Source of the DNA: a virus
Taxonomy: Duplodnaviria > Caudoviricetes
IMG/VR virus record: IMGVR_UViG_3300021964_010723
Strand: one strand, 5' to 3'
Length of the DNA stretch: 64,000 nt
This document shows, in pieces, positions 48,871 through 58,585 of this stretch. The position numbers and the translations under genes were made by a program. The notes below the pieces were generated by a model. The model was not told the DNA's origin. It searched no databases and saw only the letters and a list, made by a program, of their open reading frames with translations. The stretch's first letter is position 1; every line of letters starts with the position of its first letter.

Positions 48871-49583
48871 ACTTGATAATCAATTGTGTCTTCTAGCAAA
48901 AAATCTTTTCCAGTCATATCTTTGTATTCATCTCTCCATTCAACTGAAAGATGTTGCATGAAATAATTTTTAAACCAAGGCCCCCCTTCAGTGTAATGTA
49001 TTAGTTTAGGCGGACCGTCATGTAGATAATGATGCCCAACTAAGTAATTCCATTCATGATGTAATGTTCCTATTTCTTTATCTTCTAGCCAACTAAATCT
49101 ATGGAAGTATGCACCATCTTTTGTTTCGTCATTTACTAAATCTTTAGTTAGGATTTTGTTACTAGGATGTCCGCAATTAAACAGCATAACACTTGACCAA
49201 TTTTTCCTAGGATACCTAGATTGGATTCTGCCATCCATTTTCACTGTATGTGTTGGATGGAATGCATGTTTCACAACCATTACTGCATACTGATCATCTG
49301 CTAATTTAAATAATTCTGTTATGTCAGATTGTAACAACATGTCACAATCAATAAATAATGCCCAACCTTTGTAATCCATTAATGCAGGTACAAGGAAACG
49401 AGTAAATGTAAATTCAGTAGAAGCTAATTTATCTATAGAGCGGGTGTAATAATTTTCTGCTTCAAGATCTTTTTTTATTAAAGGTTGTATGATTGCATCC
49501 GGAGTTCTTTTTATAATACTGTGTTTACATACTTTATATGCAACATCTTCTCTTGGATCATACCCGATAAAAATGTTAATCAT
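48867..49583 (-). CDS. GT8-like glycosyltransferase
   Basis: IFIGYDPRE, STEFTFTRF, FIDCDML, YPRKNWSS, HYTEGGPW. Confidence 0.8.
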   Translation of the reverse strand: MINIFIGYDPREDVAYKVCKHSIIKRTPDAIIQPLIKKDLEAENYYTRSIDKLASTEFTFTRFLVPALMDYKGWALFIDCDMLLQSDITELFKLADDQYAVMVVKHAFHPTHTVKMDGRIQSRYPRKNWSSVMLFNCGHPSNKILTKDLVNDETKDGAYFHRFSWLEDKEIGTLHHEWNYLVGHHYLHDGPPKLIHYTEGGPWFKNYFMQHLSVEWRDEYKDMTGKDFLLEDTIDYQV

Positions 49584-50560
49584 TTTTTAACTTTATATTT
49601 TTTTACACTTTCTATGTTGCTTGCTTTCAATTCTGCAATTATGTTTTTTTTGTTATTTAAATTATTAACCGGTAAATCTTTTTGTTTTGGATCTGCAAAA
49701 TCAATTAAAGATAAATCGTTTCCAGTTATTATTATATTCCATGGTGCAATATCGTTGTGATTAGAAAAATCTAAATTTTCTATTTGTCTGCAAATAAAAT
49801 CTTTAGAAGGATACGTACCATTTAGGTATTGATATGTCCTTAAATTAATGCCAGGAATCCAATTTCTTTTTTCAATCTTTGTACTTTTTTTGTTATTATA
49901 AATTTTTGTTTTATAATTAGATTCTATCACTAAATTTTCTAAATAATTTTTCCTTTTGGTTGATGCATCCCAATATGCCTTTTCTAATGTAGGATTGTTA
50001 AATTTTTTCACAGCCATTAAAGATTTACTCTTAGAAGTATGTCGAGAAAATGATCCTATTTTAGAATAATTTTTTTCAACATGTGAATATATTTCTGTTA
50101 ATTTTGTCTGCCCGCAAGCTCCTTTATCATTTGGACTAGGCGTTTCTATAATTACTGTTTCTCCTAATTTTTCAATCGCAGCTATACTACTAGTTGGATT
50201 ATCTAGATGATGTATTATATTTAAACACAGGACTACATCAAAGTGTTCGCACTCAGATAAATTTACCAGTTTATCGGCAGTAACTGTATTATTTAAAATA
50301 ATGACATTATTACTTTCATTATCTTTTCCTAATTGTGTTAGTTGCTTACCGTATTTACTTTCTATTAAAACACAGGTAGCCTCAGGAAAATCTTCTGCTA
50401 TCCTAAAACTGAAATAACCTAAATTTGCACCTATATCTAAAACAGTAAATGGCCTTTTGTATTGTTCTAAAACTTTTTTTATGGCAGGATATCTCGCAGC
50501 GCACTCTCTTATACCAGGAGTTACTGCACCTTTAATCCAAATATCTTGGTATTGTTCCAT
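49580..50560 (-). CDS. SAM methyltransferase fused to a kinase-like C-terminus
   Basis: VLDIGANLGYFS; HNDIAPWNIII...LIDF. Confidence 0.7.
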   Translation of the reverse strand: MEQYQDIWIKGAVTPGIRECAARYPAIKKVLEQYKRPFTVLDIGANLGYFSFRIAEDFPEATCVLIESKYGKQLTQLGKDNESNNVIILNNTVTADKLVNLSECEHFDVVLCLNIIHHLDNPTSSIAAIEKLGETVIIETPSPNDKGACGQTKLTEIYSHVEKNYSKIGSFSRHTSKSKSLMAVKKFNNPTLEKAYWDASTKRKNYLENLVIESNYKTKIYNNKKSTKIEKRNWIPGINLRTYQYLNGTYPSKDFICRQIENLDFSNHNDIAPWNIIITGNDLSLIDFADPKQKDLPVNNLNNKKNIIAELKASNIESVKKYKVKK

Positions 50561-50562
50561 AA

Positions 50563-51018
50563 TTATAAACTTGCGTCTTCCATACCTGCAACTCGTAACT
50601 TAACAATGTTAGTAATTTGCCATTGTTTCTGATCTAAACCTTTTAGGATTCCTAACCACTTATTACGCAACAAAGCAAACTCATTTACTATTTTTTCAAA
50701 ATCAACTACATCTGCTTCGCCGTCTACGTACTTATCAACATCTCGGCTTGATAAAGCACGTTGATAATTTTCTAAATATTTTTTAAAAAAAGAACTTCTT
50801 AGTTTTCTTAACTCGATATTCAAATAGTTTAATATAGCTTCTATTTCTTGCAATTGGTTAAATCTATGTTCAACTATTCCAGGAAGTTCACTAGCAAGCT
50901 TTTCAACATTGCCTTTAACCTTACATTCAAGTTTTGCATCTCTTAACTCAGTTTCAAAATGCAATATAGCATCTGGAATCTTGCTAATATCTCTTGCAAC
51001 TTCACTATACCAACCCAT
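50563..51018 (-). CDS. uvsY: UvsY-like recombination mediator
   Basis: KYLENYQRALSSRDVDKYVDGE..., KGLDQKQWQI.N; adjacent to UvsX. Confidence 0.8.
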   Translation of the reverse strand: MGWYSEVARDISKIPDAILHFETELRDAKLECKVKGNVEKLASELPGIVEHRFNQLQEIEAILNYLNIELRKLRSSFFKKYLENYQRALSSRDVDKYVDGEADVVDFEKIVNEFALLRNKWLGILKGLDQKQWQITNIVKLRVAGMEDASL

Positions 51019-51026
51019 TTAACCTT

Positions 51027-51236
51027 TTAATATTCTTCATCCTCGCCTATGTCTAAATAATAAGAAATTGCAATATCAAGTGTACTGCAATTTCCTAATG
51101 AATTTTTCATTGCATCTTCTGTCGTTCCAAAATCTGCAAGTAATTCTACAAAGTGTTCTGCTGCAACTGTTAACTGTTTCTTGTCGCAATGTTCTCGAAA
51201 TAAACTCCAAATTTCAACTATCTGTTGTTCCGTCAT
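51027..51236 (-). CDS. Hypothetical protein
   Basis: 69 aa; ATAAATA upstream within uvsX. Confidence 0.55.
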   Translation of the reverse strand: MTEQQIVEIWSLFREHCDKKQLTVAAEHFVELLADFGTTEDAMKNSLGNCSTLDIAISYYLDIGEDEEY

Positions 51237-52290
51237 CTTCTATAATCTCCTCTTCCATAGATGGAGTATTTATATCTTTTTGTTTTTTTGGATAGTCTTG
51301 CATAACCATATCTAACAGTTCGCCAGTCCAATTTTTACGATATTCCTTATGTTCATTTCCTTCACTGTCAATATATCGTAATCTATTTCCATCTTTAACA
51401 AGATGACCTTGTTTTTCAAATAAGTCAACAAGGCCACTGTAAGGATTCATACCTGTTTCATAAGGAATCTTTACCTGTACTCCTTCAAATGGTTTTGCAT
51501 AACGTGTTTTCATTACCTTACAAGCTGCACGGATGCCTTGTACTTCTGAGGTTTTGTTACCGTCCTCGTCTTCTTTTAGTTTGAGTTTTTTCATTGCAAC
51601 TACAATACTACTTGCATAGATAAAACCTTGTCCTCCTGAAATCTTGTCATCTGGATCAAACATGTCCTGGCTTGCGTATGTATGATTAGTTGCTACAAGT
51701 CCTACATTATGACTGCCAAACATATTAACACAATTCCTTACAAGAGCTGTAAGTGCCTTAGGTTTCCTGCCCATATCACCTTTAAGATCACCCTTGCCAA
51801 ATTGATCAACATCAGTTGGCGTCAGTAACATACCTAAGCTGTCAATAACAAACAATACTTTAGGTTTGTCTTCTCCTTCAAGATTTTTGTAGTCGTCAAT
51901 AAAGACTGAGATAGTTTTAGCTACATCATCAATCATACTCATGTTAAGTTTTAGTAGCTTTTTTTCACTCGTATCAACGTTTAAATTCCTAAGCCAGTCT
52001 TCGTCAAGTGCGTTCTCACTGTCAATTAGCACGACAAAAATGTCTTGGTCTTGTGCTGCTTTTACAATGTTACCTGCACAGATATAACTTTTACCTGCAC
52101 CAGATTCACCTGCAAATACACTAACTTTACCTAGTGGAATGCCTTTGTGAAAATCACCTGAAATGAGATAGTTTAGAGCATAGTTGCCAGTTGATATCCA
52201 ATCAGTTGGATCATTAAAACCAGCACTCATGCCAGTGATAGATTTTGTTAATTGTGTTCTAAATTTACTTGGATCAAATGCTTTTGCCAT
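51214..52290 (-). CDS. uvsX: UvsX/RecA recombinase
   Basis: GESGAGKS, IDSENAL, VIDSLG, NHTY, SGG.G..YASS, KTR. Confidence 0.93.
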   Translation of the reverse strand: MAKAFDPSKFRTQLTKSITGMSAGFNDPTDWISTGNYALNYLISGDFHKGIPLGKVSVFAGESGAGKSYICAGNIVKAAQDQDIFVVLIDSENALDEDWLRNLNVDTSEKKLLKLNMSMIDDVAKTISVFIDDYKNLEGEDKPKVLFVIDSLGMLLTPTDVDQFGKGDLKGDMGRKPKALTALVRNCVNMFGSHNVGLVATNHTYASQDMFDPDDKISGGQGFIYASSIVVAMKKLKLKEDEDGNKTSEVQGIRAACKVMKTRYAKPFEGVQVKIPYETGMNPYSGLVDLFEKQGHLVKDGNRLRYIDSEGNEHKEYRKNWTGELLDMVMQDYPKKQKDINTPSMEEEIIEDDGTTDS

Positions 52291-52314
52291 AATTGTGCCT
52301 TAAAAAGTCAGAAT

Positions 52315-52337
52315 GCAAGAAACATTATGTTCCTTGC
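52315..52337 (-). terminator. Hairpin between gp32 and uvsX, possible terminator
   Basis: GCAAGAAACAT/ATGTTCCTTGC inverted repeat; T-run a few nt downstream on the minus strand. Confidence 0.4.
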
Positions 52338-52347
52338 TCATAGTGTA

Positions 52348-53307
52348 TTAGTCTGCTTGTCTTGCTCGGATCATTGCAAGGATGTCTTTTGCGTTATCTC
52401 CACCTGCACTAGTTTCTGCTACTACAGGTTCGATTACTGTAACAATTTCTTCTTTTGTTTCAACTACTGTAGTCGTAACAGGAGTAGAATTTGCACTAGT
52501 ATTAGGATCTCCAGTCATTGCTGACATGCCTGCTGGACGGAAGTATTGACTCCATCGTTCACTGTCATATGCTTCTCCGTCGACACTAGCTTCAAACATC
52601 TGCTGCATGATTTTTATTTCAACATCAGTTGGTTTCTTAGGAAGGAAATCATTTAGATTAAATAACCCAAATGAATTAATTGCATGCATTTCTTTGTCGT
52701 TTAGTGGCCGCTCTCTACGTGCCCAATTACTAGTTGAATAATCGGCAAATCCACCTTTAGATGTCTTATTAAGACGGAAGTCAATACCACTTGTGTAATC
52801 AGTTGGCAATTCTTCCATATCCGGATCCATTAATGCTTGCTTAATAATCTGGAAAATTTGAGGACCAATAATAAATCTGCGGATTGGATTTTCTGGTACA
52901 GTTTCTTCTTTCAACGGATCATCGTTTACAAAGCCTTGGAAAAGATATGAACGCTTTTTCCAATACTTGCGACCCATTTCTTCTAGGCTAGGATCTTTAA
53001 ACCAGCCACGTACCTCATTTAGGATAGCACAGCTCTCACCGTACATTTCCATACAAGGAATTTGCACCTGTACTGGCTTACTATCGGTTTCTCCTTTTAC
53101 ACCTGCAAAAGGAAGTTTAATCATTAATCTCTCTCGCCAGAAAAAAGTATTGTTGTTGTCACCGTCTGGAAGGAACCTAAGAGATGCAGTAGTACCCTCT
53201 GCCATGTTCCAAAAGGGATAGATACCGTTATCACCACCGGATGTGTTTCCACCTTGTCTTGATTCTTGTTCTTTGAGTTTTGCTCGAATTTCTGCTAAAG
53301 TTGCCAT
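52348..53307 (-). CDS. 32: Single-stranded DNA-binding protein (gp32-like)
   Basis: LRFLP, C...GESCAI, YWKKRSY, DFRL.KTSKGGFADY..S; acidic tail. Confidence 0.9.
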   Translation of the reverse strand: MATLAEIRAKLKEQESRQGGNTSGGDNGIYPFWNMAEGTTASLRFLPDGDNNNTFFWRERLMIKLPFAGVKGETDSKPVQVQIPCMEMYGESCAILNEVRGWFKDPSLEEMGRKYWKKRSYLFQGFVNDDPLKEETVPENPIRRFIIGPQIFQIIKQALMDPDMEELPTDYTSGIDFRLNKTSKGGFADYSTSNWARRERPLNDKEMHAINSFGLFNLNDFLPKKPTDVEIKIMQQMFEASVDGEAYDSERWSQYFRPAGMSAMTGDPNTSANSTPVTTTVVETKEEIVTVIEPVVAETSAGGDNAKDILAMIRARQAD

Positions 53308-53427
53308 AATATGCCTTTCTATAAATTGTTAAATGTGCCTTAGCTGTTGCCTTAAATGTGTAGCACAAACATATATGCTACACGAGTATTTATCAAATGT
53401 CAATAATTAAATTATTGATTTGATAGA

Positions 53428-53613
53428 TTATTTGTGATCATCTGTGCAGTGTGTATGCCAGTATGATCCACCGTGCTGATCGTCATGATCATGATGTTGC
53501 CATGAATTGCAATGATCATGATTATGCATTCGTGACATATGGTGTTCTCTGTGTGGTGTAGTACAAGCTGCGAGTAAAATAGTTGCAGCCGCTACAGTAA
53601 AAAATAATTTCAT
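53428..53613 (-). CDS. Small His-rich lipoprotein
   Basis: Signal peptide with lipobox LLAAC; mature part rich in His, Asp and Cys. Confidence 0.6.
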   Translation of the reverse strand: MKLFFTVAAATILLAACTTPHREHHMSRMHNHDHCNSWQHHDHDDQHGGSYWHTHCTDDHK

Positions 53614-53622
53614 AATTTCCTT

Positions 53623-55365
53623 TTATGCTATTCCAGCAAGCTTCAGAATATCTTGTGCTTCTGTACTGTACTTATCTTTAATTCTACCAAGCTCTTCTTG
53701 ATTGGCACCATCTCTTCCTGCTTGGGCAAGAGCTTTCATGCCATCTTTGCCATATTTCTTTTTACCAATATGATATTGTAAACCGGATTCGTCTACATCG
53801 TTTTCGTAGGTCTTTGTGAATTGCGGATCAACTTCGTGTATTTTATTGCCATACATCATTTTTAATTTATGGAACGCAGAATTAGGCAATACCATGACTT
53901 CTGAATTTTCATCAGCAACTTCTATGTAACCGGCAAATCGTCTGTCATTCTGTATGTCATAATAATCTTCCATGTTAGGAACTACAAAATATCGTCTATC
54001 ACTTTTTGGTTTAGGATCAATTAATCTTTCTTCTACATCATCATCCATCAATACACCGTCAGCATCTGTATCATACCCATTGTATTCTCTAAACTTTTGA
54101 TTAATAGCTTCGATGAATTGCTTGGCTGGATTGATTAAATTTTCGCCATAATCTTTTTCTACAGCAGTTAATACAGCAGTTTCTCCTTTTGGAAATTGGC
54201 CTGTTTCTCTATCATACATGCTTAAAATAAATTCTGTTACTGGTACACTTTGCTTAGGCTTAAGATCATCTTCTGAAAGGGCATTATCTACTATATCATC
54301 TGCCCATTCTTCAAATTCATGAAAAGTATCTTCTTCTTTTTCTGTTTCCTCTACCTCTTCGTCATTTACTTCATCAATAATATTATCAGGCGTAATTTTT
54401 TCAGCTTGTTTCTCACTAATCAATTTATAAATGTAAGGAAAGACTTCTTGTAGTTCCTCATTAAATTGTTTAATGGTTAGCTGATCAATCCAATTTTCTG
54501 CGACATCTTGTGGAACTTCTTGTAGATCTTCGTTGATGAAATTTTCTACCATTTCTTTGTATCGATTTTCTTTTTGGATACTTTCAATAGTTTTCTTTAC
54601 AGTTGCAATTCGCTCAATAACAATGTCTGCATACTCAGATAATCCTTCTGCCATTACACTTGATCTGCTGACATAGTTTTTAAACTTTTTAAGTTTACCT
54701 AATTCTTCGCTAAGACTTACAATATGCTTACCAAAATCGTCGTGCATTGTACCGCCTTCGGAGACGTGTCTTGCCATTGCTCGTGCGCCGTTTAAATGCT
54801 TAATTGGATATTTAAATCTTTCACCTTCTGCATTTTCTACATATATGTTTTGAATATGTTGTGTGCGGCCACTTGCTAGATTATTATTAACTGGTTGTGA
54901 ATGTTTGATGCTTAATCTAGCAGCACCTATATCTTGATAACTAGTTTTACTAGTTCCATAAAGTCGTGATTCTGTCATTGCTCCTTCTCCGGCGTTTTTA
55001 GCTAAAAATTGATAATCTCTTCTATTTAAATTACTTTTTGTTATGTCTCTTACATCAAAAGTTAATAATCTCTTTTTTGAAAAGTTTCTTAATTCTCTTA
55101 AAAATGCATACCAATTTTTCTTTGTAGTTGCATCTTGCCCTTCTACAAAATTTTGTGCATACATAATGTTCAAACTTTTTTCGTCAAGAGCTATACTTAC
55201 TTTGCCCAAACTGTCACCATTTTCTGTAAAATCAAAATCAAAAAATCTAGCTTCTTTTGGTTCGTTGGTTACATTTCCTTCTTCGTCACCTAGTGTAACA
55301 CTGGGAAATTTTCCTCTAACTTTGTTAAATAGCTCTTCGCCTATAAAATTAATGTTCTTTTCCAT
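53623..55365 (-). CDS. Large hypothetical late protein (true start MEKNI)
   Basis: TAAATA at 55371-55376, 5 nt before ATG; acidic C-terminal half. Confidence 0.7.
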   Translation of the reverse strand: MEKNINFIGEELFNKVRGKFPSVTLGDEEGNVTNEPKEARFFDFDFTENGDSLGKVSIALDEKSLNIMYAQNFVEGQDATTKKNWYAFLRELRNFSKKRLLTFDVRDITKSNLNRRDYQFLAKNAGEGAMTESRLYGTSKTSYQDIGAARLSIKHSQPVNNNLASGRTQHIQNIYVENAEGERFKYPIKHLNGARAMARHVSEGGTMHDDFGKHIVSLSEELGKLKKFKNYVSRSSVMAEGLSEYADIVIERIATVKKTIESIQKENRYKEMVENFINEDLQEVPQDVAENWIDQLTIKQFNEELQEVFPYIYKLISEKQAEKITPDNIIDEVNDEEVEETEKEEDTFHEFEEWADDIVDNALSEDDLKPKQSVPVTEFILSMYDRETGQFPKGETAVLTAVEKDYGENLINPAKQFIEAINQKFREYNGYDTDADGVLMDDDVEERLIDPKPKSDRRYFVVPNMEDYYDIQNDRRFAGYIEVADENSEVMVLPNSAFHKLKMMYGNKIHEVDPQFTKTYENDVDESGLQYHIGKKKYGKDGMKALAQAGRDGANQEELGRIKDKYSTEAQDILKLAGIA

Positions 55366-55376
55366 AATTGTATTTA

Positions 55377-56957
55377 TCAATAGTTGGTGCTTACAAAGAT
55401 AGGCATCGGTGCCTGATAATCTTCCTCTTCGTCCATGGTTTTGAATGAATTATATATACGTGGATCCCAATCTCGTAATATACTAATAATACGTAGACAT
55501 AACAACATTGAGCTTACTAAATCGTCTGTTTCTTCTAATTTTCCTCTATAAGTGGTCCCTACAGCAACAAAGTTTTTTAACTCGCTGATTAACGGAGCAC
55601 TTGTAATTTGTAATTTATTATTTTCAATCATTACTTTTAATTTACTACACGCTGTTAATTTACTGCTATGTGTTGTATTAAATCCTTTCCTAAACTTCCT
55701 TACATGACCTTTCCGTATAGGCTCACTTATAAATAGTCCAGGAATGTTTTCTTCTCCAAAATCATTAATTACCAATAATGCAGCTTCTCCAATAGCGTTG
55801 TTTTCTACGCTCCAGTATATATTTGTTGCACTTTTTGTATGACTTGCAATGTAGTCACAAATATCTTTTAATACACGAATTTGTCCTGGTATTGCAGTTG
55901 TATTATGCCGCCATTCGCCTACTTGTTTATAGGTAGGTAATTCTATAATTTGGATAGCTGCATAATCTCCGCCCGTTCCCATACTAGGATCTAAGCCTAC
56001 TACATATGTTGCATCAGGTTTTATTTTATCATACCAACGAGTCTGACCCATATTAACAATAACCTGTGATGCTTCCATTGTGGCAAGTGTCATGCTATTT
56101 ATGAGCGTTTCATCATAAACTAAAAATTCACAACCATATTCTCTGCGGAAACGTTCTTCGCCAATCCGTCCCATTTCAGCTTCGCGCCATTCTTCATCAC
56201 GATCTGGATGCTCATCCCAATGTACTGTAAAACTATGGAAACCATTTAATCCTAATTCTTGTTCATTTCCATGATCGTCATACTTTTGTTCTGCTTGTTT
56301 CCAAATTGTTGCAAATGTATCTTCGTCTGAGTTTGGTGTACTGGTGATAATTGCACGACCACCAGTGGCAAGTGTTGGTGATATACTAGTCCAAAATTCT
56401 TCTGCAATGTTTGGGGCAACAAACGCAAACTCATCACAATAAAGTAAGGATATACTCATACCTCTACCAGTGTTATCTGTTGTAGTAGCACTTACGATGC
56501 GAGATCCATTTTCAAATTCGATGCTACCTTTATTATAACTAGTAACCCCTGCTCTAATATAATCCGGACACATTTCATAAACATATCTAACCCTTTGCAT
56601 AATTTCTTGTGCGCCTGTGTATTTGTGAGCTGCAATCAAAATAGTTTGATCAGGATTAAACATTGCAAACCATGTTAAATAGATTGCTGCACAAGTAGTT
56701 TTACCTGTTTGTCTTGGCAACATATTAATATTAAATCGATATTTGTGGTATGTATCGAAAAGTCTAACTTGGTATTCAAAAGGATCAAATTTTAATTTGC
56801 CTTTTACAGGATGTTGAATATATGCAAAATTTTTAGAGAAGTACAGGTATCCATCTTGAGGATCCATACATTTCATTAAATCCTCAATTTGTTCGTTTGT
56901 AAAAGTTTCTGTTTGGTTTGCTTTTTTAGTTATTACACCGTCTAAGGATTTACTCAT
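55377..56957 (-). CDS. 17: Terminase large subunit (gp17-like)
   Basis: PRQTGKTT, LYCDEFAF, STPN, REYGCEF, GLDPSMGTGGDY, DDLV. Confidence 0.95.
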   Translation of the reverse strand: MSKSLDGVITKKANQTETFTNEQIEDLMKCMDPQDGYLYFSKNFAYIQHPVKGKLKFDPFEYQVRLFDTYHKYRFNINMLPRQTGKTTCAAIYLTWFAMFNPDQTILIAAHKYTGAQEIMQRVRYVYEMCPDYIRAGVTSYNKGSIEFENGSRIVSATTTDNTGRGMSISLLYCDEFAFVAPNIAEEFWTSISPTLATGGRAIITSTPNSDEDTFATIWKQAEQKYDDHGNEQELGLNGFHSFTVHWDEHPDRDEEWREAEMGRIGEERFRREYGCEFLVYDETLINSMTLATMEASQVIVNMGQTRWYDKIKPDATYVVGLDPSMGTGGDYAAIQIIELPTYKQVGEWRHNTTAIPGQIRVLKDICDYIASHTKSATNIYWSVENNAIGEAALLVINDFGEENIPGLFISEPIRKGHVRKFRKGFNTTHSSKLTACSKLKVMIENNKLQITSAPLISELKNFVAVGTTYRGKLEETDDLVSSMLLCLRIISILRDWDPRIYNSFKTMDEEEDYQAPMPIFVSTNY

Positions 56958-56960
56958 TTT

Positions 56961-58574
56961 TTATTTAGCGAAACTTGAAATTAAGTTTATGATATTGCCA
57001 GCGGACATTCCATGTTTTTGCAAAGCATCTATAGCTTGTTTTGTAACATTCATAACTTCTTGAGGTACATTTTGAGCAGCATTTCCTTGATTTCCTGCAG
57101 CTTTAATTGCGGCTGCGGCAGCTTTTCCTCTATCCGCTGCTTTATTTCCTGCTGCTTGTCCCGCTTGTGCTTTAGGTGCTGCTTTAGTAGCTCTTAGTCG
57201 TGCCTGTTGTCGTGCTTGGCTAACATTCTTTGGCCTTGGTTGTCCACCTGCTGGTACTTTAGGTGCTGCTTGTCCTGCTTGTCCTGCTGGTGCTTTAGGT
57301 GCTGCTTGTCCTGCTTGTCCTGCTGGTGCTTGTCCACCTGCTGGTTTTGCGCCTACGTTGTTATTTTTATTTCTTACATCAGTATCCGCATTAGCCATCC
57401 AGCCGTCGCCTGGACCGCCTGAGTCAGGTGCTTGTTGATTAGCTGTTGGAGTAGGAGGTGGCCCTGCTTGCGGATTAGTTGTACCTCCACTTAATTCTGG
57501 GTCCCCAGTAGCTGCTTGTGTATTATCTGTAGGCGGTGTTTGTTGTTGATTGTCTGCTGCTGGTTCTGCTGCTGCTGCTGGTTCTTCAGGTGCTGCTGGT
57601 TCTTCAGGTGCTGCTGGTTCTGCTGCTGCTGGTTCTTCAGGTGCTGCTGGTTCTGCTGCTGCTGGTTCAGGTGCTGCTGGTTCAGGTGCTGTTTGTTGAG
57701 TATTATCGTCTGTAGCAGAAACCTTCTGCGCTTGGGATTGATCTTGTTTTTCTGCATCTTTATCCCCTTTGTTTGCAGATCCAACACTTTGAGCATTTTT
57801 TATAAATTCATTCTCTTTGTCAATTAAGCCAAATTGATCGCCGCCACCTTTAAAATGATCTCTCTGTTGCTCTAAATATTTTATCATTTGTTCTTTATTA
57901 AACTCAACTGTGCTACCAGTTCCATAATTCATTGTTGCTTTATAAGTATCAGGCTGCTTTTTTACCTTTGCAATCTGTGCATCAAGCTGTGCTGCAGGGT
58001 CCTTTTTCTGTTTCTTTGCCGTTTTCTGTTTCTTTGCCGTAGGTTTAGCTGCTGTTTTTGTTTGCGTAGTTTGTGGTTGCTGTTGTGTATCATCTCCACC
58101 ACTGAACCAGCCAGAAACAGTATCTTTAGCTTTATTCCAGCCTGACTTCAAGTCATCCAAACCAAACTCATCTAATTTTTCGTATTTTTCATATAAGTTT
58201 TTTTTTAACTGTGCTTTTAATTTTTGCTCATATGTTATAGCAGGATCTTTAGCTCGTAACGCACCTTTGTCTTTTTTCCTATTTAAGCCACCAGATAAAT
58301 CTTGCAACATGTATGAATCATCTTGATATTCTTCGTCTGGAGAATTAGCATATTCTTCTTCTACTGCTTCTCCACACGGTGTATCCATGCTGTGGGCTGC
58401 AGCACAAGCAGGACACATATGATCACCTTCGTCAGGCATTGGTTGATTAATATCCATGTCTGTTACAAGATGGGCAGTGTCTAGCCCTGCGTTTTTTAGA
58501 ATTGCCATTAATTCTAAAACTTCGCTGCTGGTGTTTCCAGTCATTGATATATTCATACTTGCTTCTTTTAACAT
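56961..58574 (-). CDS. Low-complexity P/A/E/Q-rich protein, probably virion-associated
   Basis: EPAA x8 and AGQAGQAAPK repeats; head-gene context. Confidence 0.6.
   Translation of the reverse strand: MLKEASMNISMTGNTSSEVLELMAILKNAGLDTAHLVTDMDINQPMPDEGDHMCPACAAAHSMDTPCGEAVEEEYANSPDEEYQDDSYMLQDLSGGLNRKKDKGALRAKDPAITYEQKLKAQLKKNLYEKYEKLDEFGLDDLKSGWNKAKDTVSGWFSGGDDTQQQPQTTQTKTAAKPTAKKQKTAKKQKKDPAAQLDAQIAKVKKQPDTYKATMNYGTGSTVEFNKEQMIKYLEQQRDHFKGGGDQFGLIDKENEFIKNAQSVGSANKGDKDAEKQDQSQAQKVSATDDNTQQTAPEPAAPEPAAAEPAAPEEPAAAEPAAPEEPAAPEEPAAAAEPAADNQQQTPPTDNTQAATGDPELSGGTTNPQAGPPPTPTANQQAPDSGGPGDGWMANADTDVRNKNNNVGAKPAGGQAPAGQAGQAAPKAPAGQAGQAAPKVPAGGQPRPKNVSQARQQARLRATKAAPKAQAGQAAGNKAADRGKAAAAAIKAAGNQGNAAQNVPQEVMNVTKQAIDALQKHGMSAGNIINLISSFAK
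57253..57690 (-). repeat. Coding tandem repeats (GCTGCTGGTTC and TGCTTGTCC units)
   Basis: Visible arrays at about 57555-57690 and 57253-57345. Confidence 0.85.
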
Positions 58575-58585
58575 TGTTTTTCCTC

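Noticed and set aside
28996-56957. Inteins or introns in helicases, recA, terminase or dnaE
   Set aside because: Lengths and motif spacing are continuous; no Hint or LAGLIDADG insertions seen
57012-58145. Cys-rich plus-strand ORFs (57012, 57207, 57516, 57888) and the Q/N-rich 57491 ORF
   Set aside because: Antisense or frameshifted shadows of the coding tandem repeats
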